Shown here one piece after another: positions 52,768 through 63,859 of a DNA stretch of 64,000 nucleotides. Origin of the DNA: Methanomethylovorans hollandica DSM 15978. Lineage in GTDB: Archaea; Halobacteriota; Methanosarcinia; Methanosarcinales; Methanosarcinaceae. Location of the stretch: assembly GCF_000328665.1 (NCBI RefSeq), contig NC_019977.1, positions 992,001-1,056,000 on the forward strand. The letters are read 5' to 3'. The notes beneath the pieces were generated by a model. The model had not been told where the DNA came from, searched no databases, and saw nothing but the letters and a program-made list of their open reading frames with translations. Each line of letters starts with the position of its first letter. Positions within the stretch are counted from its first letter, which is position 1. A program made the position numbers and the translations under genes.

Positions 52768-54948
52768 TCATTCTTCTGCCTTGTCCACCAGCACAGCATC
52801 CGTGATCGTGACCTTTGCAGTGTACTCATCCAGCTCGATGACCTCAAATTGACGGATCTCGATCTTCTTTTTGTACATGGGTGCGTCCACAACGAAGCTT
52901 TCGAACTCACCGCCTTCGCCTGCAACATTGAGCCCGATCTTCTCATTGAGCTTTACAAGACGGTCTATATCGTTCTCTGTGATGATGCGTCCGACCCATT
53001 TGCTGTTCAGACCATAAGCTGCTACGCTGCTGAAAATGAACCTGAAGCCCAGGGCAAGCAGTTGCCTCATCTCCTTTTCCTGGTCTATATGCCACAGGGG
53101 CGAGAATACCTTAAGCCCTAGTTCGTCGCATATCCGCTCGATCCGCTCCCGCTGGTAGTTGGAGTACAGGGCACCCGTGACAACTCCTTCGATGCCAAAT
53201 TCCTGCTTAGCTTGAAGCATGGCCTTTTTCAGGTCTTCCAGTTCAGTTTCCTTCTCTCCCTGGGTTATCTGCTCGATGAGAGGAATGCCCATAGCCTCGG
53301 CCTGCAATTGCGCCAGGCCGATATTGGGCGTGTGGAACATATAGGAATCAGGATTGATGCTCTTAATGGTTATCAGGCACTCAATGGCATAGTTCTGCTG
53401 CTGCATGATGTACATGGCATAGTTGCTGTCCTTGCCTGAGCTGAACAGCACACCCAGTTTCAGGTTGGGATAATCATAGAACTGTTTCAGGTACTCCGTC
53501 TTGGTGTCATACCCTGTTTTTCTGGTAAGCCTGTCGATGGCCTTATCGAACCTGCTGCCATACTGGGCAGCCTGTTTCTTCCTCCGGGTGAACTGTGCAG
53601 GTATGCCAATCCTTTCTCCGACCCTGCGCAGGATGAGCTTGTTCTCAGTAGCATTTATCTTGAACTCAGGTGGTATCCTAAGGCCATATTCCACGAACCT
53701 TTTATCAAGATAAGGCACTCGCATTTCGATATTGTGATACATTGCCACAACATCGTCCCTATAGGTGTTCTTCTCATAGATCTTCAGGATATCTGCATAA
53801 CAGTCCCTGCTGATATCCGTAGAACGTTTGTGCCTGTCGTACCCTGCGAACAGCTCGTCTGCCCCTGAGCCTGAGAACATCACGCGCATCCCTTCCTCCT
53901 TTGCCGCCTTGCAGGCCGTGTACATGGTAAGCGCCACTCCGACTTTGGGAACATTCGTATCCTCCACCAGAGGTACCACGGTCTTGAGGTACTCTTCCAC
54001 CTGCTCCAGGTCTATCTGATACACCACCAGCTCCAATCCGATGACTTGTGCTACCCGGCGGGCATATGCTATATCCGGCGGCTCTTGCACGTCCATAAGG
54101 CCCGCAGCATAGCATTTGAAGTCCTTTCCGGGAATTTTTCCAAGTCTCTTGCACATGTAAGCCAGGATGGTGGAATCCAGACCCCCTGAGAACAGTATCC
54201 CGAAAGGTTCATCAGGAAAGCGGATCTTTACAGCGTTTTCAAGCAACAGTTGCACTTGTTCTGCAATTTGCTCAAAAGTGCCTTCATGCCGAGGGGTAAT
54301 ATAAAAGAAATTTCTGGTGTAACGGTGAACTGTTCCACTCTTTATGTCATACGCCAGTATCTCCCTAGGATTGAGCTCTTTTATGTCAGTATAGCCTGTT
54401 GCTTTCAATGCCTTTTTCTCCGAGGCGAAGGCAAAACCCTCTGAAAAGCTGTACCAGAGAGGTTTCAAACCGATGATATCCCGCGCAATATAAACTATAT
54501 CTTCCAGCCAGTAGGCGAATGCGTACACACCCCTGAGCATGTCCAGAGCATCACAGATATTTTGCATCACTGCTGTGGGATCTGAGGTGTTCACATTGCC
54601 ATCTTGCAGCCTTTTTTCGATAAGCTTTACAAGCAGATCCGAATCATTGGAAGCTTCGATCCGGCAAGTTTCTGCCAGCTCTTTCCAGTTGTATATCTCG
54701 CAATTGGATGCAAAGATACCTGCATAAACAAGAGGCTGTCTGGTGAAATTTACCATGGAATGCAGGGTGTGACCGATGGTATTGTTCTCATGCGGAAGGT
54801 GCAGCTTCGCAGCAGCAGCCGCATATTCCACCCAACCGGGCCCTGCGGCGCCTGTGCTGTCCCTTCCGCGGTCTGACAGTATATGCAGCGCTTTGAGGGT
54901 TAGTTCGGCAGCACTCTCCCTGTTAAAAAAACCAGTAATACCGCACAT
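52768..54948 (-). CDS. Fusion of an AsnB-like glutamine amidotransferase/asparagine synthase and a diphthine-ammonia ligase (Dph6/DUF71) domain
   Basis: MCGI N-terminal Cys, RGRD, SGGLDS, GSGADELFAGY; then SSGKDS, SYMFH, YQRER, GEGGEFES. Confidence 0.88.
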   Translation of the reverse strand: MCGITGFFNRESAAELTLKALHILSDRGRDSTGAAGPGWVEYAAAAAKLHLPHENNTIGHTLHSMVNFTRQPLVYAGIFASNCEIYNWKELAETCRIEASNDSDLLVKLIEKRLQDGNVNTSDPTAVMQNICDALDMLRGVYAFAYWLEDIVYIARDIIGLKPLWYSFSEGFAFASEKKALKATGYTDIKELNPREILAYDIKSGTVHRYTRNFFYITPRHEGTFEQIAEQVQLLLENAVKIRFPDEPFGILFSGGLDSTILAYMCKRLGKIPGKDFKCYAAGLMDVQEPPDIAYARRVAQVIGLELVVYQIDLEQVEEYLKTVVPLVEDTNVPKVGVALTMYTACKAAKEEGMRVMFSGSGADELFAGYDRHKRSTDISRDCYADILKIYEKNTYRDDVVAMYHNIEMRVPYLDKRFVEYGLRIPPEFKINATENKLILRRVGERIGIPAQFTRRKKQAAQYGSRFDKAIDRLTRKTGYDTKTEYLKQFYDYPNLKLGVLFSSGKDSNYAMYIMQQQNYAIECLITIKSINPDSYMFHTPNIGLAQLQAEAMGIPLIEQITQGEKETELEDLKKAMLQAKQEFGIEGVVTGALYSNYQRERIERICDELGLKVFSPLWHIDQEKEMRQLLALGFRFIFSSVAAYGLNSKWVGRIITENDIDRLVKLNEKIGLNVAGEGGEFESFVVDAPMYKKKIEIRQFEVIELDEYTAKVTITDAVLVDKAEE

Positions 54949-55071
54949 TTTCCTTTTCCTCTTCCCTGCAATAGCTCTGCAGGGACAGCAGATTAAATGT
55001 GGTTCCTTACTAATAACCTATTGCATCTCATCTTACGGCATCGACTTTTCTGTGGGGAAAAAGGTTGAGGA

Positions 55072-55473
55072 TCAGGGATTACAGTTGAACTCGACCCTCT
55101 CTTCAGGGGTTAATGCAATATAGAACCTTAGGATGTCATCAGGATCTATGTCATCTGCGAGTTTGAACCCTCTTTCTGCACCGGCGTTAAGGAAGTTTTC
55201 TTCCTTTTCATGCTTTTTTAGTATGAGTTCCCGTATCACATCATCACTCATAGAGGACATATCCACCCTTTTGAGCAAACCAATGTTTATAAAATTATCT
55301 TCTATGCGTTTGTACAGCTCATCAGCAGTTCTGTACTTTGTTTTTTCCTCGACCTCTGCTTCTGCATCTAGTAAAAAGATCTCTTCACCATTCATTTTTC
55401 TGTAGGACAAAGCTATCTTCTTTATTACCAGACCATTATTCTCACAAACCACCATCTTACGCTCAGGTCTCAT
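55072..55473 (-). CDS. Hypothetical acidic protein
   Basis: GAGGT RBS before ATG 55473, coding-like composition; family not recognised. Confidence 0.7.
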   Translation of the reverse strand: MRPERKMVVCENNGLVIKKIALSYRKMNGEEIFLLDAEAEVEEKTKYRTADELYKRIEDNFINIGLLKRVDMSSMSDDVIRELILKKHEKEENFLNAGAERGFKLADDIDPDDILRFYIALTPEERVEFNCNP

Positions 55474-55658
55474 ATTTTTACCTCTTGCTGGGTGCGTGAT
55501 CACATTAAACCCTGGATGGATGTACCATCATTTTTCTTCCAGCAGCAGGTAAAAACCACTCAAATCCATATTTAATGTTTTCTATATTATACTGTATAAT
55601 ACTACTCATGCTCATCATAGGACAGGTTTATACAGTTGTTTACTTTCGTTCACAACAG

Positions 55659-56309
55659 ATGACTAAAATAATATATTGTCAAAATCACTATAGGATAAGT
55701 GAGGGATGCATCATTTTCAGCAAGTTCAAAAATACCGTAAGGAAGTCTTTATTACCTCTGGCTAAAGGAATAACCATTTCTCCAAACACGCTTACTGTTA
55801 TAGGCCTGGCTGTGAGCATTATAACAGCTATGATCTTCGCCAGAGGTTATGTGGTACTGGGCGGAGTACTCATCCTTGTCAGCGGTATCTTTGATGTGCT
55901 CGACGGCGCCGTGGCCCGGGCTTCCAACAGGATGACAGCCTTTGGAGCTGTGCTGGACTCCGTATGTGATCGCTATGCAGATGCCATTATCTTTGTCGGC
56001 ATCATTTATGGACTGATAAACGGAAGTATAGTCCCGTATCCTTTGTTCCTCATCCCGGATTGGCTTTGGTGTTCCCTTGCCCTTATTGGCTCTTATCTTG
56101 TCAGTTATACAAGGGCTCGTTCAGAAGCTGCAGGCGCTAAATCTATGGATGTCGGTCTTGCCGAAAGGCCGGAGCGCATGGTCCTTCTGGTCCTGGGTGC
56201 CTTTACAGGACATCTGGTACCATCGATAATGCTAATCGTCATCCTTACACACATCACTTCTTTACAGAGGCTGATACACGCAGAGCGCTCCCTGAGGACA
56301 AAGCTATAA
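55659..56309 (+). CDS. CDP-alcohol phosphatidyltransferase (archaetidylinositol phosphate synthase-like); start uncertain (ATG 55659 or ATT 55713)
   Basis: SPNTLT, DVLDGAVAR...GAVLDSVCDR, LVSYTRAR, ERPER. Confidence 0.88.
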   Translation: MTKIIYCQNHYRISEGCIIFSKFKNTVRKSLLPLAKGITISPNTLTVIGLAVSIITAMIFARGYVVLGGVLILVSGIFDVLDGAVARASNRMTAFGAVLDSVCDRYADAIIFVGIIYGLINGSIVPYPLFLIPDWLWCSLALIGSYLVSYTRARSEAAGAKSMDVGLAERPERMVLLVLGAFTGHLVPSIMLIVILTHITSLQRLIHAERSLRTKL

Positions 56310-56371
56310 AGCGTTATTTTTAATTGCGTGGTCTGTTATACTATAGCAACTAATCTAATTGAGGATAAATC

Positions 56372-56620
56372 ATGAGATATGAAACTGATGTGATCATCGA
56401 ATTAAAATCCGGTATGCTTGACCCGGAGGGCACTACTATAAAAAGAGCTCTGGAACACCTGGGGTACACCCCGGAAAGTGTGAATACTGCAAAGAAATAT
56501 ACTATCACGCTTGACTCAGACAACATCCATGCTGCAAGAGAGAATGTGGAAGAAATGTGTCAGAAGCTCATTGCAAATCCAATAATACACAATTATAGCA
56601 TCACTTTGAGGGAAATCTGA
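56372..56620 (+). CDS. purS: FGAM synthase subunit PurS
   Basis: LDPEG, LIANP. Confidence 0.95.
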   Translation: MRYETDVIIELKSGMLDPEGTTIKRALEHLGYTPESVNTAKKYTITLDSDNIHAARENVEEMCQKLIANPIIHNYSITLREI

Positions 56621-57318
56621 TGACCGTTGCCATTATCCAGTTCGGCGGCAGTAATTGTGACCAGGATGTGCTTCACGTCCTGCAGGATGTTGTAGGTCTG
56701 GATGCAAGACTTGTATGGTACAAGGAAGAAAGTCTTTCTGGTTTTGAAGGGGTGGTCATCCCCGGTGGTTTCTCCTACGGTGATTACCTCCGGGCCGGTG
56801 CCATAGCAGCACGTACTCCTATTATGGAGTCGGTGAAGACACTGGCTAAAGAGGGCAAGCCAGTTCTCGGTATATGTAATGGTTTCCAGGTACTTACAGA
56901 ATCCGGCCTGCTTGCAGGTGCCCTGACAACCAATATGTACCCCAAGTTCAGGTGCCAGCCTAACTGTCTGCGTGTGGAAAGCATAGAAACTCCATTCACC
57001 TCCAGGTTCAAAAAAGGTGAAGTGGTGCATATCCCCATAGCCCATAAGGAAGGCAATTTCTATGCCACCGAGGATACTCTGGCGCAGCTGGAACACGATG
57101 ATCTTGTGGTTTTCAGATATGCAGATGCCGAAGGTCACATTACCGATGAGGTAAATCCCAACGGTTCACAGGAGAACATTGCAGGCATTGCCAGTACCTC
57201 CCGTAATGTACTGGGCATGATGCCACATCCGGAGAGAGCTTCAGAGGACATACTCGGCTCAAAGGACGGGCTTAAGATATTCGAATCCATGGCAGATCAC
57301 ATAACAGGTTCTGCATGA
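56620..57318 (+). CDS. purQ: FGAM synthase glutaminase subunit
   Basis: GGFSYGDYLR, GICNGFQ, MMPHPER. Confidence 0.97.
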   Translation: MTVAIIQFGGSNCDQDVLHVLQDVVGLDARLVWYKEESLSGFEGVVIPGGFSYGDYLRAGAIAARTPIMESVKTLAKEGKPVLGICNGFQVLTESGLLAGALTTNMYPKFRCQPNCLRVESIETPFTSRFKKGEVVHIPIAHKEGNFYATEDTLAQLEHDDLVVFRYADAEGHITDEVNPNGSQENIAGIASTSRNVLGMMPHPERASEDILGSKDGLKIFESMADHITGSA

Positions 57319-57320
57319 AC

Positions 57321-57971
57321 CTATTTTTCTTTAAGCACGTTTAGAGCGGTCTTCCACGAATGTCTGACAAAATCCGGCAGAGTACCATGTTCTCTGCTCC
57401 AGTCTTCAAGGAAACGCTTTGTTTTAGGATCTGAAGGATAGCCACTTCCCAGATCGATACCAATTCTATTTATCAGCTCTTTTACCAGTTCATCCCTTCT
57501 CACTTTGGCTACGATCGAGGCTGCAGACACTATCGGATATGTCGCATCTGCCTGGTGTTCGGAAACTACGGTCAGCTCTTCGGACTTTTCAGGATACTTT
57601 TTTGCATACTGTGCTTTCAGATTTGTTCCGAACCTTGCTGCATTCACATCCGCAGCATCGACATAGGCCATATCGGGCTGCAATTCTTCAAGCACCCTGG
57701 AAAAACCCAGGACCATTATCTGGTTCATGCTCATAACCTTGCGCAATTCATCGATCTGCGATGGAGATACCTCAAAAACGTAGACCTTGTGTGCATATTT
57801 ATTTATCTGGTGTGCAAGATGTTCTCTTTTCTTAGGTGTGAGTTTCTTGGAATCAGCAACTCCCAGATTCTTCAGGGAATCTAGCTTACCTTTATCTGCA
57901 AGCACACCTCCAATGCACATCGGACCGATCACAGGTCCCTTTCCGGCCTCATCTATTCCTGCTATTCTCAT
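57321..57971 (-). CDS. rnhB: Ribonuclease HII (ends in TAG)
   Basis: GIDEAGKGPVIGP, DSKKL, VSAASIVAK, GSGYPSDP. Confidence 0.96.
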   Translation of the reverse strand: MRIAGIDEAGKGPVIGPMCIGGVLADKGKLDSLKNLGVADSKKLTPKKREHLAHQINKYAHKVYVFEVSPSQIDELRKVMSMNQIMVLGFSRVLEELQPDMAYVDAADVNAARFGTNLKAQYAKKYPEKSEELTVVSEHQADATYPIVSAASIVAKVRRDELVKELINRIGIDLGSGYPSDPKTKRFLEDWSREHGTLPDFVRHSWKTALNVLKEK

Positions 57972-58011
57972 CCATTATTATAACCAGAGCAATGCATAAA
58001 AGTTGATATGT

Positions 58012-58944
58012 TCAAATGAACAGCGTGAAGATAACAAAACCAATTGTCATCATGATTATCGAATGCTTAAGCCCGGACATCACACTTCCTTCTCCCATAG
58101 CCCCGGCCATGAGTCCGGAGCTAAGTCCTTGTATCAGAGCTGCGTGTTTGAATAGCTGGGTATAGGCATCCAGATCAAAGCTTCCCAGAAAGCCTCCGGA
58201 AGATCCCGAAGCAGCCATTTTCTCCCCAGCTGCAGCCATTTCAGCAAGGAACGTAGTGGATATGACGAATATCACACCCACAAACACAAGGAAAGAAATG
58301 TAGATTATAACTATATAGATCATCATTCTCATGCTTCTTTCCCGGCGCATGGCCTGTTCAGAGGCAGCGTCCCTCGCAGCAACTATAAGCGCTTCACCGA
58401 TATCCCCGCTGGACTCATTTGCCTTTGTGATAAGAGAAAGAGAACGAGTGATCACCTGTGTTCTTAACCTGTTGGCGAAACGTATCAATGAATCATTAAT
58501 TTCAAGACCCCAGGTAATATCATTCCATATTTTCTTTATTTCCTTGCTCAGGATATTTGTATCTGATCTTGCCATCAGCTGTATCGAATCCCTAAGGGTA
58601 ATGCCTGTTTCATTGGTGATTGCCAGTTTCTTCAGCATATCTGGGAAATTGTTCTCTATCCTTTTCTTCTTCATATTCTTAATCTCATGGAATATAGCCA
58701 GAGGTATCAGGATAATGAAAAGTGAAAGAACAAGTTTATCGTCAATGAAATCCACCAGCTGTGCAGGAGTGGCAATACTATGCATGTTAAGAGCAAAAGG
58801 TATCATCAGTACAAGCAATGCAAGAGGAACAGTAACTATGGCTGAGAAGAGAGGTTTAGTGAACATGGGTGCAAGGGGATTCTTTAATGTGTTGTTTAAA
58901 TTGAGCTGTTTTTTAGATCTGATAAAACCTTCATAAATCTGCAT
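58012..58944 (-). pseudogene. C-terminal half of a GspF/TadC-type pilus platform protein (N-terminal part deleted)
   Basis: FPD.LKKL...NETG, GLMAG.MGEG...GLKH; its apparent ATG comes from the ATPase TMHAD codons. Confidence 0.75.
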
Positions 58945-60246
58945 GCATGGTGGAAAATGTTGTATGACCTGTGGACATGGCCTGGAAAAGTGTGAGTGCT
59001 TCCTTTCCTCTTACTTCGCCCACAAGCAGGTATTCCGGCCTTTATCTTAAGGCAGCCTTAAGCAGGTCATACATATCCACAGCCCCACGTTCGTCTGCGG
59101 TAAACGAATCCCTGGTAACACTGGGTATCCAGTTAGGATGGGGCAGTTTAAGTTCCCGTGTATCTTCAAGGGTGATGATTTTTGCTTTTTCAGGAATGAA
59201 CAGGGAAACAGCGTTAAGGGATGAGGTTTTACCCGATGCTGTACCTCCTGCATAGATCAGGCTCTTATTATTTTCAATACACAGCCAGAGATAAGCCATG
59301 GATTCAGCTGAGAACGTACCCCATTTGATAAGGTCCACAGGGGGTGATAGGAACATCGCTGAACTTACGTATGGTAAAAGTACTGCCATGCGCAGTTACA
59401 CATGTGCCCAGGGTCATCTGTATCCTTGACCCTTCGGGCATTGCGGCATCAACCATTGGTTCTGCCACATATATATGTTTTCCACTTCTTTGGGCAAGCT
59501 GGATAATGAAAGAGTTAAGTTCATCTTCATGAAAAACAATATTTGTTGCAATGTTAGTGTGTTTTCGGTGGTACAGGAATATAGGCAGATCGTGCCCGTT
59601 GCCTGAAACATCTTCAATGGAATCTTTTTTCAAAGTAGGTCAGTTCGGGTTCTACCACATAGTAAAGATGATTGTTACGCTCAGCATTGAAAAGGATGAC
59701 CACGAAATTATAAGGTTTCTTGACCCAGTAGTGTTCGATCTCCTCGTAGCCTTCAAGGCCACTAAAATGAGATATCTGTCCGTGTATCTCATGGTCGTAT
59801 TTCTCTATTTCTTGTTCTTCCTTTTCGAAAAGATTACGGATCTTATCCAGTACCGAAGACTTCTTTTTCAAACCGCCTTCAGATACACTGCATACGCTTT
59901 CAACTGTACTTTCTGCCCTTTCACTTTCGATAATAACCTTCTGAGCCTCACTGGAAATATTTTCATCTGCCCCGTATGGTCCATGTACTTCAATATTATG
60001 AGGAGATCCAAATTTTGGGGAGCGGGGTACCAGTATTCGAATATCGTTCAACAAGGAACAGGCACTCTCTTCTGTTTTAAATATATGCGCTAAAGCATCC
60101 TTTTGTTCGACTTTATTCTCTATAGTGGGTTCTTCGGTATTTTTAGATACATTTCCTTGCGTTGTTGGCAGAGCCCGATTTATTTGTGGCTCAATAATAA
60201 TAGTTTTTTTATTATCCTCTTCTTTCACACTGGAATTATCAAGCAT
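58945..60246 (-). pseudogene. VirB11/GspE-type type IV pilus assembly ATPase, multiply disrupted
   Basis: Fragments in three frames with GSTFTIRKF, GGTASGKT, LVGEVRG, TGH...TMHA; frameshifts near 59625 and 59340; premature TAA 59042-59044. Confidence 0.9.
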
Positions 60247-60700
60247 TTTTCCACCAATTGATACTAGTAGTATGGCAATAATTTAATTTTAATATTTCTA
60301 TATTATTTATTTTTTATAAATAGTTCTTGTCATAAAGTTAATCAAATTTAGATAGTTCTACATTCAAAGATAGTGCGTAGCAACTACTGAAATCCACTAT
60401 TATTGCATTGTATCTATCGTGTAATCGTACCCTTTATATGTTAAGCACAGGACATTGATCTGGAAAATAAGCAGTGGCTCTATAATCTGTGTAGAAACCT
60501 ATATAAAATTTAATTATATATTCAACAATTTATTATAAACCCATTTGCCACTTAATTAATTTTATAAGTAACAATTTATTTTAAGCTGCTTACTTTTTTA
60601 TTTAAAGTATCTCAGTCATGTCCTGAACAAAAATATTAAATCTCAGATGGTTCATGTTCAGGTAGCATTCAGTCCTTCAATAAATAAGAGGCTACATTCC

Positions 60701-62317
60701 ATGCCAGTTATCACCCTAGATTATAATGACCTTGAAAAGCTTACAGGTGCCGATAGGAAAACCATTGTCAGCCGCATTCCAATGATCGGTGCGGATGTCG
60801 AACGTTTGGAAGATGATCATGTTGATGTCGAGTTTTTTCCAAGCCGCCCTGACCTATACAGCGTTGAGGGTGCCGCAAGGGCCATGCGCGGCTTCCTTGG
60901 AATCGAGAAAGGGCTTTGCGAATATGAGGTAAGACCTTACAGTGTCGAGATCTATAAAGATGCTGCAATAGATGATGTCAGACCGGTTCTGGGGTGCGCA
61001 GTTGTCAGAGGCATGAAGTTCACTTCTTCCTCTATAAAATCCCTCATGGACCTGCAGGAAGACCTGCACTGGGCCATCGGACGCAACCGTAAAAAGGTCT
61101 CCATTGGTGTGCATGACATGGCCCACATCAAGCCGCCTTTCAAATACCAGGCAGTGGATCCTGACTTCCGCTTTGTGCCTCTGGATTTCACTGAGCCTCT
61201 GTCCATGAGGGAAATAATTGAAAAGCACCCAAAGGGAGTAAGGTTTGCTCATCTTGTAGAAGGTCTGTCTAAATATCCGCTCATCACGGATGCCAATGGT
61301 AATGTCCTTTCTTTCCCACCAATCATAAATGGTACTCTTACGCGGGTGCATGAGAATACCACAGACCTATTTATTGACGTGACGGGTCTAAGTGATGCTG
61401 TATACACCGCTCTGATCATCGTTACAAGCGCCCTTGCTGAAAGAGGTGGACAGATAGAGTTCGTGCGCATCATCAATGCAGATGGTACGGAAAACATTAC
61501 ACCTGATATGGCTCCTGAGATAAGGCATCTCACCTCTGTAGAAGTATTGGACCTCTCAGGCATTGATCTATCTCCGGAAGAGATTGTTGCAATGCTTGAA
61601 AGTATGCGATTTGGTGCAAAGGTCCTGGAAGATGGGACTGTGGAAGTGCAGGTTCCTCGTTATAGAGCGGACATCTTGGATAATTCGGACCTTATCGAGG
61701 ACATAGCCATAGCCTATGGATACAAGAGCATAAAGCCTATCTTGCCCATGAATGCTACTATAGGTACTCAGCATCCGGTTTCTCTGGAACGTGGCCATAT
61801 AAGAAGCATTATGGTAGGTCTTGGCTTTTCGGAAGTAATGCCATTCACACTCACCAGTGAAAAAGTTCACTTTGAATGGATGTGCCGTCCGGTTACAGAT
61901 GATGTTACCTGCGTCATGCATCCTATCAGTGAAGAGCAGACCATGGTGCGGACAACGCTGCTGCCTAACCTGATGGAAATACTATCTCTCAACCAGCACA
62001 GGGAACTGCCTCAGCGCATATTTGAAGTAGGGGAGGTAGTTGTGAATGGGAAAAATTGTCTGCATCTTGCTGCGGTATCCATCCATGCAGGTGCAAATTT
62101 CACTGAAGTAAGGGAATTACTTGAGGCACTTATGCGGGAAAAGCAGATGCTTTATGAGGTTGTAGAGTCAGAAGATCCTGCTTTCCTGAATGGCCGACGT
62201 GCTGATATCCTTGTCAACGGAAGCAAAGTAGGTGTCATAGGCGAAATCTATCCACAGGTACTGGTTAACTTTGGTCTGGGACAGCCTGTGGTAGGCTTTG
62301 AGATCAAGCTTCTTTGA
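60701..62317 (+). CDS. pheT: Phenylalanyl-tRNA synthetase beta subunit (archaeal)
   Basis: [35 protein letters not shown]. Confidence 0.96.
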   Translation: MPVITLDYNDLEKLTGADRKTIVSRIPMIGADVERLEDDHVDVEFFPSRPDLYSVEGAARAMRGFLGIEKGLCEYEVRPYSVEIYKDAAIDDVRPVLGCAVVRGMKFTSSSIKSLMDLQEDLHWAIGRNRKKVSIGVHDMAHIKPPFKYQAVDPDFRFVPLDFTEPLSMREIIEKHPKGVRFAHLVEGLSKYPLITDANGNVLSFPPIINGTLTRVHENTTDLFIDVTGLSDAVYTALIIVTSALAERGGQIEFVRIINADGTENITPDMAPEIRHLTSVEVLDLSGIDLSPEEIVAMLESMRFGAKVLEDGTVEVQVPRYRADILDNSDLIEDIAIAYGYKSIKPILPMNATIGTQHPVSLERGHIRSIMVGLGFSEVMPFTLTSEKVHFEWMCRPVTDDVTCVMHPISEEQTMVRTTLLPNLMEILSLNQHRELPQRIFEVGEVVVNGKNCLHLAAVSIHAGANFTEVRELLEALMREKQMLYEVVESEDPAFLNGRRADILVNGSKVGVIGEIYPQVLVNFGLGQPVVGFEIKLL

Positions 62318-62764
62318 ACATTTTGTGAAAGATAATATGGCATATACTCTATCATCTGATGAGTAATGTCATGTTTAATTATATTTTATTTTTCTTTTTA
62401 ATTTTAGTTATTGACAGTCTGATTTAATTCGCTTCCCATATATTATTTTCCTTTCAGTGCATCTTTCTTATTGAAGTCCCTTCCTAAACGTTGCCATAAT
62501 TTATTTCTTCAGTTCTCCGAACACAAGCTGTCCATACCTTTTTTGCCGTTTGATCTTGTCCATTACCTCATCTTTAGATGAGTTCTTCACATTCATGTGG
62601 ATGCGCCCTTCAGTGGATACTTCTTCATTAGCACATGTCTCACAGGGGAGTATGCTCTCACGCAGGGACAGATGATCCGGACATTGTTTTTTTCGAGAAT
62701 GGCTGCGATCTTTTCCCGGAGATAGCAGGCTCTGGCTGAAATAAAAAAGATCATGCACTATTTC

Positions 62765-62948
62765 TCTCTGTTGTTTTTTATCCTTATTTATTTCTTAATA
62801 CAATTCATTTGAAACGCAAAGACGCAATGTCGCAAGGAAGCAAAGCTTCTAATTCTCTTCTTTGCTCCTTAGCGTCTTAGCGCCTTTGCATTGATAAAAA
62901 ATTGTATCGATCGATCAAAAAAAGTTTATCTAAATTCTCTACAGAACC
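62765..62948. repeat. Palindromic repeat element with 4+4 ACGCAAAG-like 8-mers
   Basis: ACGCAAAG ACGCAATG TCGCAAGG AAGCAAAG ... CTTTGCTC CTTAGCGT CTTAGCGC CTTTGCAT; ends TCTACAGAACC, like the terminus of copy 1. Confidence 0.75.
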
Positions 62949-63064
62949 TATCTGGCAATGGTATAGTGGCAAAAGGGCAACTGAACCAAAGTCATGGAAA
63001 TGGTCAGCAATCTTTAATATGAACGTAGTTAGTTTAGATTATAGAGAGATCGTTCACGGATAAG

Positions 63065-63370
63065 ATGGAGGGAAGGCACATAATAATGCATGATATGAAA
63101 GTCCTGATCAAGCAGCATAGGAATGAGATCAGACAAATGTTCAAAGCTGAGATCATAGGCATCTTTGGTTCTTATGCCAGAGGTGAACAGAAAGCTGACA
63201 GTGACGTGGACGTACTTGTTAATTTCGATGATGGTGCAACTCTATTTGATCTGGTGGGACTTGGAGACTACCTTGAAGAGATACTTGGCATTCCTGTTGA
63301 TGTGGTTTCCATGCGAGCCTTGCATCCAATGATGCGTGATGATGTGTTAAGAGAGCTGGTGGCTTTATGA
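63065..63370 (+). CDS. Minimal nucleotidyltransferase (MntA-type antitoxin)
   Basis: FGSYARGE...SDVDVLV, VDVV. Confidence 0.9.
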   Translation: MEGRHIIMHDMKVLIKQHRNEIRQMFKAEIIGIFGSYARGEQKADSDVDVLVNFDDGATLFDLVGLGDYLEEILGIPVDVVSMRALHPMMRDDVLRELVAL

Positions 63371-63720
63371 GGTCACCTTTGCTATACTTGTCTGAAATGA
63401 TCGATGCAGTAGAGGCAATAGAGGATTTTACTCATGGTATGGATAAAGAAGATTTCATGTGTGATGCAAAAACCAAGAGTGCAGTTGTAAGGCAGTTTGA
63501 GATACTGGGTGAGGCTGCCAAGGCAATACCTGAAAATATAAAACTTCTTGTTCCAGATCTACCCTGGAGCAGGATTGCCGGGATGAGAAACAGGCTTATT
63601 CATGCATATTTTATTGTTGATTACAATCTAGTGTGGGATACTGTGGAAAATGAACTGCCTGCACTAAAAACAAGGCTAGAGACATTACAAGGTGAATTAA
63701 ATAAAATTGATTCACCTTAA
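63367..63720 (+). CDS. HEPN/DUF86 ribonuclease toxin (HepT-type)
   Basis: E.LGEA, RNRLIH (Rx4H) followed by AY; ATGA overlap with the MNT gene. Confidence 0.9.
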   Translation: MRSPLLYLSEMIDAVEAIEDFTHGMDKEDFMCDAKTKSAVVRQFEILGEAAKAIPENIKLLVPDLPWSRIAGMRNRLIHAYFIVDYNLVWDTVENELPALKTRLETLQGELNKIDSP

Positions 63721-63859
63721 ATGCTTTTTCCTTATTCATCTCCGGCTGAAAGCTATCCATCCAACGTCAGCAGAAAAAAATTTTCAGCTAGCTCATGCAT
63801 CCTTTCCGCGAAACCGGACCTGCTGATAAGCAAAATGCAACATTCTCTCCGGGGCCGTT

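Noticed and set aside
52491..53121. ORFs 52491-52706 and 52561-53121
   Set aside because: They span an AT-rich promoter region or lie antisense to the Dph6 fusion; non-coding-like composition
60701..62317. pheT without pheS
   Set aside because: Unlinked subunits are common in archaea
62501..62758. 85-aa minus-strand ORF
   Set aside because: No recognisable motif or RBS; possibly a remnant but unsupported
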